From a virus (Duplodnaviria > Caudoviricetes), in IMG/VR virus record IMGVR_UViG_3300032288_002010, positions 1 to 61,593 of that record: DNA of 61,593 nucleotides; one strand, given 5' to 3'. Shown here piece after piece: positions 39,227-49,961 of the stretch. The notes beneath the pieces are model-generated. The model worked only from the letters and a program-made list of their open reading frames with translations, was not told the DNA's origin and searched no databases. Positions within the stretch are counted from its first letter, which is position 1. Each line of letters opens with the position of its first letter. A program made the translations under genes and the position numbers.

Positions 39227-39735
39227 GTTATTTTATAAAGAGAACAAACTATTCCGTCGTACATATCACCATTTTTTTCATCCCAATTGCCTTTTTTGTT
39301 CAATACAGAAAATTTAGTGACTTCTGGAATTAACTTTTCTAGCTCTATCTTGACAAAATCTTTTGACTTGACACCCTTGATTCTGCATTTGCCAAATAAC
39401 TGCTTTCTCATAGTATTTACAGACAACAAATTTACTTTTACTTTAAAATGTTCTTCTATAATATAAGCAAAAACCGCATTGTGTCTAGCTAGTGTAATGA
39501 TAACTTGTTGTGAAGTAAATCCGCCGGCAAATCCACTTAAAGCTGCTTCTAGGTTAATATATCCAACCTGTTTCATCAGCTTATTTTTTTCTAATATCTC
39601 TATAACATGATAAGTTTTTTCCTTGGTGGTTTCAAATTTTTTAGTGTCTATAAAACCAGCATCAAGAACTTTACCATTTTCAGAAAACGCCCAACCCGTA
39701 ACAGACGTTGAAGAGTCTAATCCTAATATAACCAT
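39223..39735 (-). CDS. RuvC-like Holliday junction resolvase
   Basis: ILGLDSSTSVTGW, central E, C-terminal D..DG acidic residues. Confidence 0.75.
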   Translation of the reverse strand: MVILGLDSSTSVTGWAFSENGKVLDAGFIDTKKFETTKEKTYHVIEILEKNKLMKQVGYINLEAALSGFAGGFTSQQVIITLARHNAVFAYIIEEHFKVKVNLLSVNTMRKQLFGKCRIKGVKSKDFVKIELEKLIPEVTKFSVLNKKGNWDEKNGDMYDGIVCSLYKIT

Positions 39736-39747
39736 TTAGAATATATA

Positions 39748-40065
39748 TCAACGATTAATCACTGCGCTACCATATTTTGTAGAACTGAAACCCTTTAGAT
39801 ATACAGATTGTTGGCGAGAGTTTGATCCATCACCAACGTCTTTGAATTCACTTTGTTGCAATCCCATTTGTAACTTGAAACCTTTAGTCTTGGTATAATT
39901 GGTTTCAAAGGTGCTTCCACCCAATGAAATTTCATTGGCGCCACTGGTCTTAACGTTTTGTTGAACATTAAACGCACCACCGGCTTTTTGAGTCTTGTAT
40001 CTATCAGCTAGGCTGACTTTACTAGATTCACGATCAATTACTTTACTATCAGATGAGGTTGCCAT
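39748..40065 (-). CDS. Hypothetical protein
   Basis: 105-aa ORF; SD AAGGA; TATTTATT at 40082-40089. Confidence 0.6.
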   Translation of the reverse strand: MATSSDSKVIDRESSKVSLADRYKTQKAGGAFNVQQNVKTSGANEISLGGSTFETNYTKTKGFKLQMGLQQSEFKDVGDGSNSRQQSVYLKGFSSTKYGSAVINR

Positions 40066-40092
40066 ATTTTATCCTTATAATAATAAATATAA

Positions 40093-42546
40093 TTAAGTAT
40101 CCCATTTAACAGCAATATTAATAGGCAACTCACCACTATTTTTAATTGGTTGTGCCAATTTAGCTATTGCCACTAAATCCGCACCACTATACAATCCTAC
40201 TTGAGTAATATATGGTGCTAAATAAGATCCGGTTGGATCAAAAGATGAACTATATTGGTAATTAAAGAAATCCTTCTTAATATAATCTTTATTACCTTTT
40301 CCAGTATTTGTATCCAAGAACTTAATCATTCCATCGTATGTATTTCGTTTACTATTAGGATTAATATAGTTTTTGTAATTTTGAAAAGTAAGGTTGTTTA
40401 TAAAATATTTCCAAATAGCATTACCATCTTGGAAATCTACCTTACCATCACCATTAACATCAAAATTCTTAGTTGCCAAAATACACTTCAATGGTTCAGT
40501 CAATTTATTATCTTGGAATTTTGATCCTTGAATATAAGATGCATATGGTGTGGTAACATCATACGATCCCGAATAAAAAGAAAGAATGCTGGTTTCAACA
40601 TCACCTGATACCATCGTATTCCACCATTGTTCACTTCTAGGACTTGTTATTTTATAATTTATGTATCTTAAGATAAGATCTAAGTTATTGAAATCGAAAT
40701 CGGTCTTATTAACAATTCCATAATTAATCACACTGCCGGTTACAGCCGTTGGGTTTGTTGAAATGTTAAACTCACCTGGTTCAACAGTACAAATGTATTG
40801 TTTTTCATTCAATTGAATCAAACTTTCGTAATCCATGTATATGTACGACTCGTTAGGATTTGCTGGATTTCTAGCTATTAAATTTAAACCACTACCAGTA
40901 TTATTAATAACGACTCGGTTATTATTGTAAAATACATTTCCAACGTTAAAATTCTTTTGAAGATCGGATGAATTATAAATAAAAACACTTCCTTCAATTG
41001 CTGTATATGGTGAGTCAGGAACTTCCTCACATAGTGCAACATACACAGGAGCTCCTGTATCTGTAGTAACCGATTGTTCTATTTGAAGAAATATTACACT
41101 TGATGTAACATCACATCCTTCGGCATAATAAGAAGATGTTAATTTATAATTAGCATCCGCCATACTTCCAGATTCCGTAATATATGGTGTGTTTAAATAA
41201 TAATCTCTCAATAGTGGTATAGGAGATCCTATTACCAGATTGTTTCCATAGATTGAAACGGCACTTCCAAATGCTTGAAATGGACTATTATCACTTTCCT
41301 TACGTTTAGAAATAGGATAATCGGTCATTTTTACTAAGCTAGATCCTGTGACAGAATAGTACAATACTTGACCTAAGAAGGTTGACGCTCCAAAATCATT
41401 TGCGTCGGAAATATTTTCATAAAAATTCAAAGACCCAGATATAAAGAGCGATGAGAATGGAGAGTATCTTTTTGGAGAACCAATTAATATATTATTATCA
41501 TATACACATACAGATTGTCCTAACAAATTATCTTTGAACGTATTTTCATCTCCATAAAGTTTTGATATTAAATTGTAACTACCAGTTGGCTTTTCATCAC
41601 ACGGATTTGTAGAATATACATAAAAAGCGCCTCTTTGTCTTTGAATGGTTGATCCTGAGTATTCATAATAAACCAAATCATTTGGTGATCCCACTACAAT
41701 AATCTTATCATAAATAGAAACTGAATGGCCATAGTTAGAATTTAATAATGATACTGGATACCAATTAAACACGCTATTTTCAACAGAAAGCGATCCTGTT
41801 ACCTGCACAAATGTTTGCTTTAATCCCCAACCGCCGGACGACGATTGATATAGATAAACTCTAGATTGAGACAATTGATTACTTCCAATAACAATTCTAT
41901 TTTGATTTTTTTTATCAAACGAAACGGAATATCCAAAACCTCGTTGTTTAGGGTATAAAGTTGGATCTGGAGTCAGAACAGACTCTAACTTGTATTTAGA
42001 AGCAGAAAATTGATAAATATACACTCCACCACGGTTACTATTATCAGATGGAGAACCAATGGCAAGATATTTATTGGTTATACTAACAGATGTGCCAAAA
42101 GAATTTGATCCAGTAAGTGTAACCAATGGTGTGTTTGAATAAGTTTGTGTATTAATACTTTCATCTACACAATTATTATCTGCTACGAGAGCACCACTCA
42201 CAACATTATAGTTGGAGTCAATAACGTATACATCAACAAAGGAACCTTTTGTAACACTAGCTGATAGCACACTATTACCTACGGCTAAAAAGTAATCGGA
42301 TAGATCTACAGATTCACCAAAACGAGTACTATAAATTGTTTGTCCACTTAAACTTTTTGTAAATGTGTATGATGAAGAATAATTGGAATTAAAAGTATCA
42401 CGTTTGATTAATTTAACTTCACCGATTCTATAAAATCCCTCTGCTGGATCATAATCATGAGTAGGAGGATTTCCAACTGCGATGTAATTGTCATTGGCTG
42501 AAACAGAAGTTCCATATCTCTCGTTATATATGTTAGTAAGACTCAT
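40093..42546 (-). CDS. Virion/baseplate protein with FG-GAP-like propeller repeats and a dockerin/EF-hand-like loop
   Basis: About seven [FY]G.SVS...L.IGSP repeats; DVNGDGKVDFQD; C-terminus YITQVGLY..LVAIAKLAQP. Confidence 0.7.
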   Translation of the reverse strand: MSLTNIYNERYGTSVSANDNYIAVGNPPTHDYDPAEGFYRIGEVKLIKRDTFNSNYSSSYTFTKSLSGQTIYSTRFGESVDLSDYFLAVGNSVLSASVTKGSFVDVYVIDSNYNVVSGALVADNNCVDESINTQTYSNTPLVTLTGSNSFGTSVSITNKYLAIGSPSDNSNRGGVYIYQFSASKYKLESVLTPDPTLYPKQRGFGYSVSFDKKNQNRIVIGSNQLSQSRVYLYQSSSGGWGLKQTFVQVTGSLSVENSVFNWYPVSLLNSNYGHSVSIYDKIIVVGSPNDLVYYEYSGSTIQRQRGAFYVYSTNPCDEKPTGSYNLISKLYGDENTFKDNLLGQSVCVYDNNILIGSPKRYSPFSSLFISGSLNFYENISDANDFGASTFLGQVLYYSVTGSSLVKMTDYPISKRKESDNSPFQAFGSAVSIYGNNLVIGSPIPLLRDYYLNTPYITESGSMADANYKLTSSYYAEGCDVTSSVIFLQIEQSVTTDTGAPVYVALCEEVPDSPYTAIEGSVFIYNSSDLQKNFNVGNVFYNNNRVVINNTGSGLNLIARNPANPNESYIYMDYESLIQLNEKQYICTVEPGEFNISTNPTAVTGSVINYGIVNKTDFDFNNLDLILRYINYKITSPRSEQWWNTMVSGDVETSILSFYSGSYDVTTPYASYIQGSKFQDNKLTEPLKCILATKNFDVNGDGKVDFQDGNAIWKYFINNLTFQNYKNYINPNSKRNTYDGMIKFLDTNTGKGNKDYIKKDFFNYQYSSSFDPTGSYLAPYITQVGLYSGADLVAIAKLAQPIKNSGELPINIAVKWDT

Positions 42547-43223
42547 GATATTACACTTGCTAATCCGTAAGTTCCTTTTTTAATTAACCCACTATTATCG
42601 GAATTAAAGCCGAAGTAATTAATGAAGTAACTTCCAGATAAATATAGGTTATAATTACTATCATCTACGATATATCCAATTATATCCCCACTTTGATTAT
42701 TTATACGAACTGAACCAGGTCTAATACGATCACCAGCCTGAGAAGATGCAAAACTAAATAAAGAAAAATCGTTTGTTAGATTCAATTTAGCTTTTGATGT
42801 ATCATATCCATCAAATCCAAATATGTTATATCCGTTATTGTAACTATTATAATACATTCGATTGATAGTATTATAAACTTGTCCTTGATATGTTCCAATC
42901 GAATTTGTCGGATTGGTTTTTACATTATAAAACTCACTTTCTTTTGGATAAAATACAACACTAGAAGTGATATATTTTCCAATTTCAAAGTTCGGAATTA
43001 CGCCGGAATACTGAGATTCAGCCAGATATGATTGATTAGAAAAATTAGGTTCACAACTGCCAGATACATTGTAGTCACATTCGTCATTAAATATTAATAT
43101 TGGGAAATAATCAGTGGAATCATTTCCGGCTATCAAATCAGTAACAATGTTATTAACGTTCTGTGTAGATGCTACAGAGAACGCAGTAACAAGTATGTCT
43201 TCGTTTTTGAAAAATTTAATCAT
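42543..43223 (-). CDS. Putative virion structural protein
   Basis: GDRIRPGSV similar to KDQIDPGQI in the adjacent gene; TATTTATA at 43229-43236. Confidence 0.55.
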   Translation of the reverse strand: MIKFFKNEDILVTAFSVASTQNVNNIVTDLIAGNDSTDYFPILIFNDECDYNVSGSCEPNFSNQSYLAESQYSGVIPNFEIGKYITSSVVFYPKESEFYNVKTNPTNSIGTYQGQVYNTINRMYYNSYNNGYNIFGFDGYDTSKAKLNLTNDFSLFSFASSQAGDRIRPGSVRINNQSGDIIGYIVDDSNYNLYLSGSYFINYFGFNSDNSGLIKKGTYGLASVIS

Positions 43224-43253
43224 CCTAATATAAATAGGAAGATTTATTGATAA

Positions 43254-44348
43254 TTAAAAGTCAATTCTAACTTTAATCAACAATTCATTATCAAATGATT
43301 TTTGAGTAGGACGACTTAACTTACCAATTGCTAGCAATTCATTGTTGTCATCATACAAACCAACCGAAGTGATATAAGTACGTGGATTGTTTATCAAGTC
43401 TTGATAAATAATTGTACCTTTTGTTTGACCATCCGTACCATCTGATACAAATGTTGGATTGTTGCTATAATTAAACTCTCTATTCTTAACACGAACGAAG
43501 TAATTTGTAGATGGTACAAACTCACTCTTTCGTACAGCCATCAATTTGGTTGTTCCCTTTAATGCTTTGAAAAAGTCTCTGATCCAAACTCTCCAGTGAC
43601 CATCAACATTTGTAGATGTTGAGTTTGGAAAACCGGCTCTGTTTGCGATTTGAGAATTAATTCCAACACGCTTTTGTAAATTTAAGGCATTTAATACAAC
43701 AATACCATTTGTTGGATAAGACAATCCGATACCTTCATATTGAACAGTATTATTCTTCAGATATGGTGTTGGTATACCATTGATAATAGAACCTGAAATG
43801 ATATTATATACACCTAGAGACTTATTAACAATCTGTGAGTCATCAATAAATGAATAAATTCCATTTGCACCACTCAAATTTAGTTGGATTTGACCTGGAT
43901 CAATTTGATCTTTAAACTTATCGGCTGAAAAATTAACAGCAAAAATTGCTTCACTATCAACTGGGTTATCTACACTGCCAGAAGCAAAGCTGAATAGTGT
44001 ATCGCCTGGTTGTAGTAATGTATTCTTGTATTGTGTGTAAATAACTTTAGTTTCATTAGTTAATACAGGTACAGAATAACTTGGATTATCATATTGAGAA
44101 CTACCTGTGTTTGCATAGTCTCCATATGCAACTGCAAAATATTGTTCACTACTATAATAAATGTCTAAGTAGTATTGACCATTCTTAACATCATATGGTG
44201 ATGAACCGGTCAATTGACGACCCTGTGTAGATGATGTGGTGAATAAAGATTGGCTGACTTGCAAGTCTCCAGATCCAAATAATCCAGATGAAACTTGGTT
44301 AATTCTACCAGCTACGATGTCATCTTTTGTAAATTGACTAAATATCAT
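43254..44348 (-). CDS. Putative baseplate structural protein
   Basis: C-terminus YITSVGLYDDNNELLAIGKLSRP, paralogous to 40093..42546. Confidence 0.65.
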   Translation of the reverse strand: MIFSQFTKDDIVAGRINQVSSGLFGSGDLQVSQSLFTTSSTQGRQLTGSSPYDVKNGQYYLDIYYSSEQYFAVAYGDYANTGSSQYDNPSYSVPVLTNETKVIYTQYKNTLLQPGDTLFSFASGSVDNPVDSEAIFAVNFSADKFKDQIDPGQIQLNLSGANGIYSFIDDSQIVNKSLGVYNIISGSIINGIPTPYLKNNTVQYEGIGLSYPTNGIVVLNALNLQKRVGINSQIANRAGFPNSTSTNVDGHWRVWIRDFFKALKGTTKLMAVRKSEFVPSTNYFVRVKNREFNYSNNPTFVSDGTDGQTKGTIIYQDLINNPRTYITSVGLYDDNNELLAIGKLSRPTQKSFDNELLIKVRIDF

Positions 44349-44354
44349 AATTTA

Positions 44355-44993
44355 TTAAGTTGTTGGTACTGTTACGGTCACGTTGATTGCGGTATTACCA
44401 CCACTTTCATTACCAATAATTGTAATATTGGTTGTGGTAGTCTTTGAGAGAGACGCATTTGGAATAAATCTAAACTTATTACCAACAACAGCTTGTGAAG
44501 TGTTGGATGCCAAATCTCCAGCGAATGTTGGAATAGTTGCAGTAGAAGAATTGATACTATTAGTTTCAGTTACAACCAATGTACCCACGTTCTTATTTGA
44601 CAAAATAGCAGTATAACCCAAGGTTACGTTATAAGTTGGGTTAGTACTTGGACTCAACAATATTTCTCCAGTAAAGTCTCTTGGAACATTTATAGAAGAA
44701 ATATTCAAATTGATTGTAGGTACAGCCGTCACCCCATCATTCAATGTCACCAACTTATATTTCATCAACTGAGACTCATCTGTGATTGGTTCCATTACAG
44801 GCGTGTTACGAATAGCTATATCGTAGTATGCGCTACCAAGTGGGTGGTTTGGGTTAAACTGAGTATAGTCGATTTCATCATCGGCTAGAGCGAAAGCAGT
44901 GATGTTTAAACCACCGGTTTTTGCTAGGATTTCTCTACCCTTCTTAGTAAGTATCGCGTTTACTGTAAGAACGTTATTGTCTAAATATGCCAT
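44355..44993 (-). CDS. Putative baseplate structural protein
   Basis: AILTKKGRE.LA...ITAFALADDEIDY; beta-rich C-half; in the baseplate operon. Confidence 0.6.
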   Translation of the reverse strand: MAYLDNNVLTVNAILTKKGREILAKTGGLNITAFALADDEIDYTQFNPNHPLGSAYYDIAIRNTPVMEPITDESQLMKYKLVTLNDGVTAVPTINLNISSINVPRDFTGEILLSPSTNPTYNVTLGYTAILSNKNVGTLVVTETNSINSSTATIPTFAGDLASNTSQAVVGNKFRFIPNASLSKTTTTNITIIGNESGGNTAINVTVTVPTT

Positions 44994-45039
44994 ATATAAT
45001 AATTATCTCTAAGTTTTGTTTTTTTATCGAAATTTGTAA

Positions 45040-48000
45040 TTATAAATTCATTATGTACATATCCAAACTTGCACTCGTATATATGGATGCGGTTATTGGT
45101 AATTGTACAAATATTGATTTAGGTTTACCAACGGATCCAGTTAATGTACCATATTTAGGGAATGTACTACTCGTAACTTCCATAGATAAGAATCCAGGAA
45201 TAGAAATTACTGGTAATGATCCATTTGGTAATCCGTTTCTATTAACGGTTCTAGTATAATCATTCTTACCCTTTGTGAATGGATAATATGTTAAAGAACC
45301 CATACTTTTATCTAACTTCACACCATTTGTAATTCTGGTTACAGAACCACTTACAGCACGATATCTGTTTCTTGAACCAGCAAATACAAACTTACTCAGA
45401 TGTCTCTTAGAATAACCTGAATTTAAATCACCCTTGTATAAATCTCTATAAACTGTACTACCAGTTACAGATCCAGATCCAACAATTTGAACTTCAAAAT
45501 AACTGGATGTAAATCCAACTACGCTTGGAAGTTTGTTATTGGTCATCAAGTAGTAACTACTTTGACCTACCTTAGATAAATCTCTAATATAAGGTCCGTT
45601 TTTATCCACACCCACATCCTTGCCATACTTGCTGTATACGAAATCTCTCACATCATATGATGGCTTGATTTCAAACATCGAATAATTATACTGATCTTTA
45701 TCTGTATCTATATCAGTTGTTTCAAACATTGTTACAATGCCACAGCTAGATGTGTCACTAGTATTAATTAAACTTGATGTAAAAGTAGCATAATTATTAA
45801 ATGTTATTAGACTAGATGATGAAGCGAGTGGATTATCAGGATCCAAAGCTGTTACACCCACATTTTTATAGTTGAATTTTTTACGTTCAAAAATAGAAGG
45901 TTCTAGTAGTATACCACGTTTTAATGTAGCTCTTTGTGGAGTAAGTTTCTTGATAAAATCAAATATAGAAAAATCAATATAAAACTTATAGGTGCTTAAA
46001 AATTCTTGTGGATATATGTATTTTTCATTTAACTTGGCAAAGTCTCTTTGTAGAACCTTTAGTTCTGGATAACTTTGACTAGTTAAATATGCTGGATTTC
46101 CTATGACATCTGTAATACCTTCTTTACCCAAAAAGTCTTCAATCTTTGAATTCAAATATTGGTATGGAGATATGTAGTATCCAACAAGATTTGAATCAGC
46201 ACCGATAACATCTTCCGTATAGGCTGATTGTTCAGATGGTACCAAATTTGTATTAAGTAACATGTCAATCTTATTTATCTTACTATTATTTCTATAATTT
46301 GGTCCAAATTTATTTGAGTTAATTGCTTGTTTTATAGATAATTTCTCAAATTGATAAGGAAACTTAGTTACTTCAGATGGTTTACAAATAGGATAAGGTA
46401 GTGTTTCTATTTGAGCCGGGAAATTAACAGCTTGGAAATTGTCTTTGTAATATAAGTTTTGATTTGGTATCAACTTGGTTGAAGTCGATGAGTATAAACT
46501 AACCGGAGTGTCAAAACTCCAAACATATCTTGCATTCTTATATTCTCGTTCCTTATCATCTATTGCAAACGAGTTAATATTGTATGAGTGTTCGTCAAAA
46601 TTCTCAGAAGATACAGGATCTAAATAAACTTTAACTTTATCGATATTACCAAAAAATTTTACAGATGATGAAAAGTTACCAATATGATAACTACCACTTG
46701 AAAAATATTGATTGTGATCATATAGAATTGTAGAATTCTTTTTAGCACTAAAATTCAATTGACTTCCATAATATTGATTGATAGCTAATGTATAAACATA
46801 AGGTGCAAATTTATTTGCAGCAGATGATGTTATAGATTGTGTAAGTGGATAGTGGTTGATGTTTGTAGTTGGAGTATCAAATACACCAGGAGCAACATTT
46901 CTAGTCAATAGAATTGTATAAATATCCCCATTTAATAATGGAAGTTCTTGAAGTACAATAGAATTTGAATCAGTTCCTTGAGGTTGAAAATTAAATATTA
47001 ACTGGCCACTTACCTGTTGTATGGATTTCTTAATATAAATTTCCCAATCAACTTGGTTGTTTCTGTATTTTTTAATTAATGGAATTCTATCCAAATAATC
47101 ATAGTTATTTTTATTGAATCTAAAAGAACACTCCAACGCTGATAATCCTGTAAACACTTCACGATATGATTGTGTAATACCAGTACCAGGCGTTGCACTT
47201 TGAGAATATGGTAAACCACTGGATTGTAATATAAATTCACTTCCTGTATAATTGAATTTTATATACTCGTTGTTTGTGAACTTAGACATATACACTATGT
47301 CATCGAAATCATAAAATACCTGTCTGTTTACCAAAACATCACTGCTTCCATATTCAACTGGTTGAATTAGATCGGCAGATACACCAAAAATACTTCTTAC
47401 CAATTCATACGAAGTAGTAGTGCCTTTAGTCTTATATACACCGCTCATATTATTTGCAAATCTATTGAGTATAGATTTAGCATAATCAAAGTATGATGAC
47501 GATAAAGATCCAGTCTGTTCTGATGCATTAAATAACAATTGACTTATATCACTCTTTTCAAATTTTATATTATCAATATTCCAGTTGAAAGAGTTTAACA
47601 ACTCTTCTATGTAATTTTTTGGATAATCATTGTTATCGTTATAGTTAATTGGATATGCTCTTGGAAACTTTTTGATATAAACCAATATATTATCAAAGAA
47701 ATGACCAACCATTGATGTAAACTTTATATAATCCTCCGATTGCGGATCATTCTTCAAATATTCAGGCAATTGATTCAACAAACTATCGTAATTGTCTCTA
47801 TCGTAAGAAACACCATCTTGTATTTTGTCATCTATACTAGACGTATTAAAGAACAAATATGATTCATATTCATCAAACGTATTTAACAAATTGATTTGAG
47901 TTTGTGTAATTGAATCATACTTTTCAGATAAAGAAGATGATATAGCTATGTTAGCAGTATCGGCTTGTTTGCTTATTTGTATTTTTGATACATCATAACT

Positions 48001-49485
48001 ACTATATTGATTAATCTTATTCTTAGCTATCTTAGATCTAAGTTCCGCAGAAGAATAATTTATGAAATTATCAAAGTTATCGTAATTGATTAATAAATCA
48101 TTAACTTTTTCTTTTAACTTTGATTTTGCATAAAACAAAGTGTTTCTGTCCAAGTCTGAAAATTTATCATTTGTAGGACTTATGGTTGGTACTTGTACTG
48201 AAAAATTAACACCATTTAAGTACACCTTTCTGGATACACTATCGGCATATATATTAACTTTAAAATATAATGGAGCTATTGAAATGTTTGATATCCAACA
48301 AGTTGATTTAACGTTGTATTCTGTTGGAAGAGGAGAATCTAATTTTACCTGTACGTTATTGACTCCATCGATTGTATTATAATAACTGGTGTGACTTAAA
48401 ATCTTAATAAGATTTCCGTTATCAAAATTCAAAGCATTCTTATATAAACCAAAAAATCTGTCAGAATAATTTGATAGAAGTAAATTGGTCTGAGGTTGTA
48501 GCCAATCAGTATACAATATTTGTACAAATAAATTAACTGCGTCTTGTAAATCAATAGCATTTAAAGATGTTTTTTGTACAATTCTATCTTGAGAGACTTT
48601 AGTTACTATTGTTTTAAAAGCAAGTTGTATTTCTTCCCCAGAAAATTCTACGTCGTTATATTGATAAATAAAATTCTTTAATTGTTGTGCTATACCTGTG
48701 AACTTGACCGATTGATAAGACAGCACATCGGAATTTTCAGTTCTATTTAAAACTAAAACTCTATCAAATCCAACATATGAATCAATTATAAATTGTGTTA
48801 AATCGGCTTCATTTTTGAAACCTAAATTTTGACAAATTTTTATTAAATTTGCGTTTTGTCGTTCTATAGAAAAATTCTGAGAGATAGGATTATTGTCAAT
48901 TATCTTGATCAAATTATCCTCTAATTGCAAGAACAAATATTTTTTATCAGCGAATGCTGTAGTCTTAATCGCAGATAGTCTGTTAGAAGTACTTGCGTCT
49001 TTATTAAAAGCAAAGGAAAGTTTTAGTTCAGTTCTACTCGGAGAAATTTCTTTTATTACCAATTTATTTGTAGAATTACCAGCTACATTTCTGGTTGGGT
49101 TATACAAAAGATAATACAACCCAGGACTTACTTGATTGAACTTTAAATCAAATTGTGGATGTAAAAGTATGTTATAATCGAATCTAGTTATATTAGTATT
49201 TGGATTTAATACTCTATAATTTTTTGGTTGACCATTTATATCCAAATAATCACCTTGGATTACACTATAAGTAATACTTGGAACTATTCTATTAAACGTC
49301 AATGGTTCTTGATTAGAATTATACAAACTGAACTCTATTAAATCATCATCTGAGTCTCCGAAAAATACTTCATTTGTACTATATTGTTGTTCATACAAAG
49401 ATTGCAATTCAACATCAAAATAAGAAGCACTTACCAAACCCGAATTTAGTCCACTTTCATTAATTGTTAGGTAATTATAAGGCAT
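45040..49485 (-). CDS. Large baseplate wedge-like protein (1481 aa)
   Basis: NQLPEYL, KTKGT and LTP.RA.L..GIL motifs of wedge-type proteins; beta-sandwich-like middle. Confidence 0.55.
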   Translation of the reverse strand: MPYNYLTINESGLNSGLVSASYFDVELQSLYEQQYSTNEVFFGDSDDDLIEFSLYNSNQEPLTFNRIVPSITYSVIQGDYLDINGQPKNYRVLNPNTNITRFDYNILLHPQFDLKFNQVSPGLYYLLYNPTRNVAGNSTNKLVIKEISPSRTELKLSFAFNKDASTSNRLSAIKTTAFADKKYLFLQLEDNLIKIIDNNPISQNFSIERQNANLIKICQNLGFKNEADLTQFIIDSYVGFDRVLVLNRTENSDVLSYQSVKFTGIAQQLKNFIYQYNDVEFSGEEIQLAFKTIVTKVSQDRIVQKTSLNAIDLQDAVNLFVQILYTDWLQPQTNLLLSNYSDRFFGLYKNALNFDNGNLIKILSHTSYYNTIDGVNNVQVKLDSPLPTEYNVKSTCWISNISIAPLYFKVNIYADSVSRKVYLNGVNFSVQVPTISPTNDKFSDLDRNTLFYAKSKLKEKVNDLLINYDNFDNFINYSSAELRSKIAKNKINQYSSYDVSKIQISKQADTANIAISSSLSEKYDSITQTQINLLNTFDEYESYLFFNTSSIDDKIQDGVSYDRDNYDSLLNQLPEYLKNDPQSEDYIKFTSMVGHFFDNILVYIKKFPRAYPINYNDNNDYPKNYIEELLNSFNWNIDNIKFEKSDISQLLFNASEQTGSLSSSYFDYAKSILNRFANNMSGVYKTKGTTTSYELVRSIFGVSADLIQPVEYGSSDVLVNRQVFYDFDDIVYMSKFTNNEYIKFNYTGSEFILQSSGLPYSQSATPGTGITQSYREVFTGLSALECSFRFNKNNYDYLDRIPLIKKYRNNQVDWEIYIKKSIQQVSGQLIFNFQPQGTDSNSIVLQELPLLNGDIYTILLTRNVAPGVFDTPTTNINHYPLTQSITSSAANKFAPYVYTLAINQYYGSQLNFSAKKNSTILYDHNQYFSSGSYHIGNFSSSVKFFGNIDKVKVYLDPVSSENFDEHSYNINSFAIDDKEREYKNARYVWSFDTPVSLYSSTSTKLIPNQNLYYKDNFQAVNFPAQIETLPYPICKPSEVTKFPYQFEKLSIKQAINSNKFGPNYRNNSKINKIDMLLNTNLVPSEQSAYTEDVIGADSNLVGYYISPYQYLNSKIEDFLGKEGITDVIGNPAYLTSQSYPELKVLQRDFAKLNEKYIYPQEFLSTYKFYIDFSIFDFIKKLTPQRATLKRGILLEPSIFERKKFNYKNVGVTALDPDNPLASSSSLITFNNYATFTSSLINTSDTSSCGIVTMFETTDIDTDKDQYNYSMFEIKPSYDVRDFVYSKYGKDVGVDKNGPYIRDLSKVGQSSYYLMTNNKLPSVVGFTSSYFEVQIVGSGSVTGSTVYRDLYKGDLNSGYSKRHLSKFVFAGSRNRYRAVSGSVTRITNGVKLDKSMGSLTYYPFTKGKNDYTRTVNRNGLPNGSLPVISIPGFLSMEVTSSTFPKYGTLTGSVGKPKSIFVQLPITASIYTSASLDMYIMNL

Positions 49486-49486
49486 A

Positions 49487-49960
49487 TTAAATTATTGGTA
49501 AGAATGGATAGTCATCACTAAAATCAGATGGTACATTACCTTGTCCAAGTTCAATTCTAAGTTTGATAATTTCACTTTTCATAGAAGCAATGACTTGTTT
49601 ATCATCATTCACTTCGTATTTTTCAACCAACTGATTTATGGTCTCATTCAAAATACGATTCTCAGCGATTGCAACATTGTATTGTTCAAGAATTTGATCA
49701 ATGTTTCTATTGTCAACCGATTCTTCAGTTTGCATCTCAGTGAAATCAGTTGTATTGGTATCAACAATTTTAGATTCGTTGTATACAAATACTTTGAGTG
49801 GAACATTTACATAATTTAAACTACCACTTACAGATTGTGTGACTGAATAGACTTGTTTTAGATTTCCAAAATCATCAAAATTATTAGCGAATGTACCAAA
49901 GTCTCTGAACTTTTGAACATCAACCAAAGATACATTATAAACTAATGGTATATTTGCCAT
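49487..49960 (-). CDS. Hypothetical protein with coiled coil (baseplate operon)
   Basis: 157-aa ORF with 1-nt gaps to both neighbours. Confidence 0.6.
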   Translation of the reverse strand: MANIPLVYNVSLVDVQKFRDFGTFANNFDDFGNLKQVYSVTQSVSGSLNYVNVPLKVFVYNESKIVDTNTTDFTEMQTEESVDNRNIDQILEQYNVAIAENRILNETINQLVEKYEVNDDKQVIASMKSEIIKLRIELGQGNVPSDFSDDYPFLPII

Positions 49961-49961
49961 A

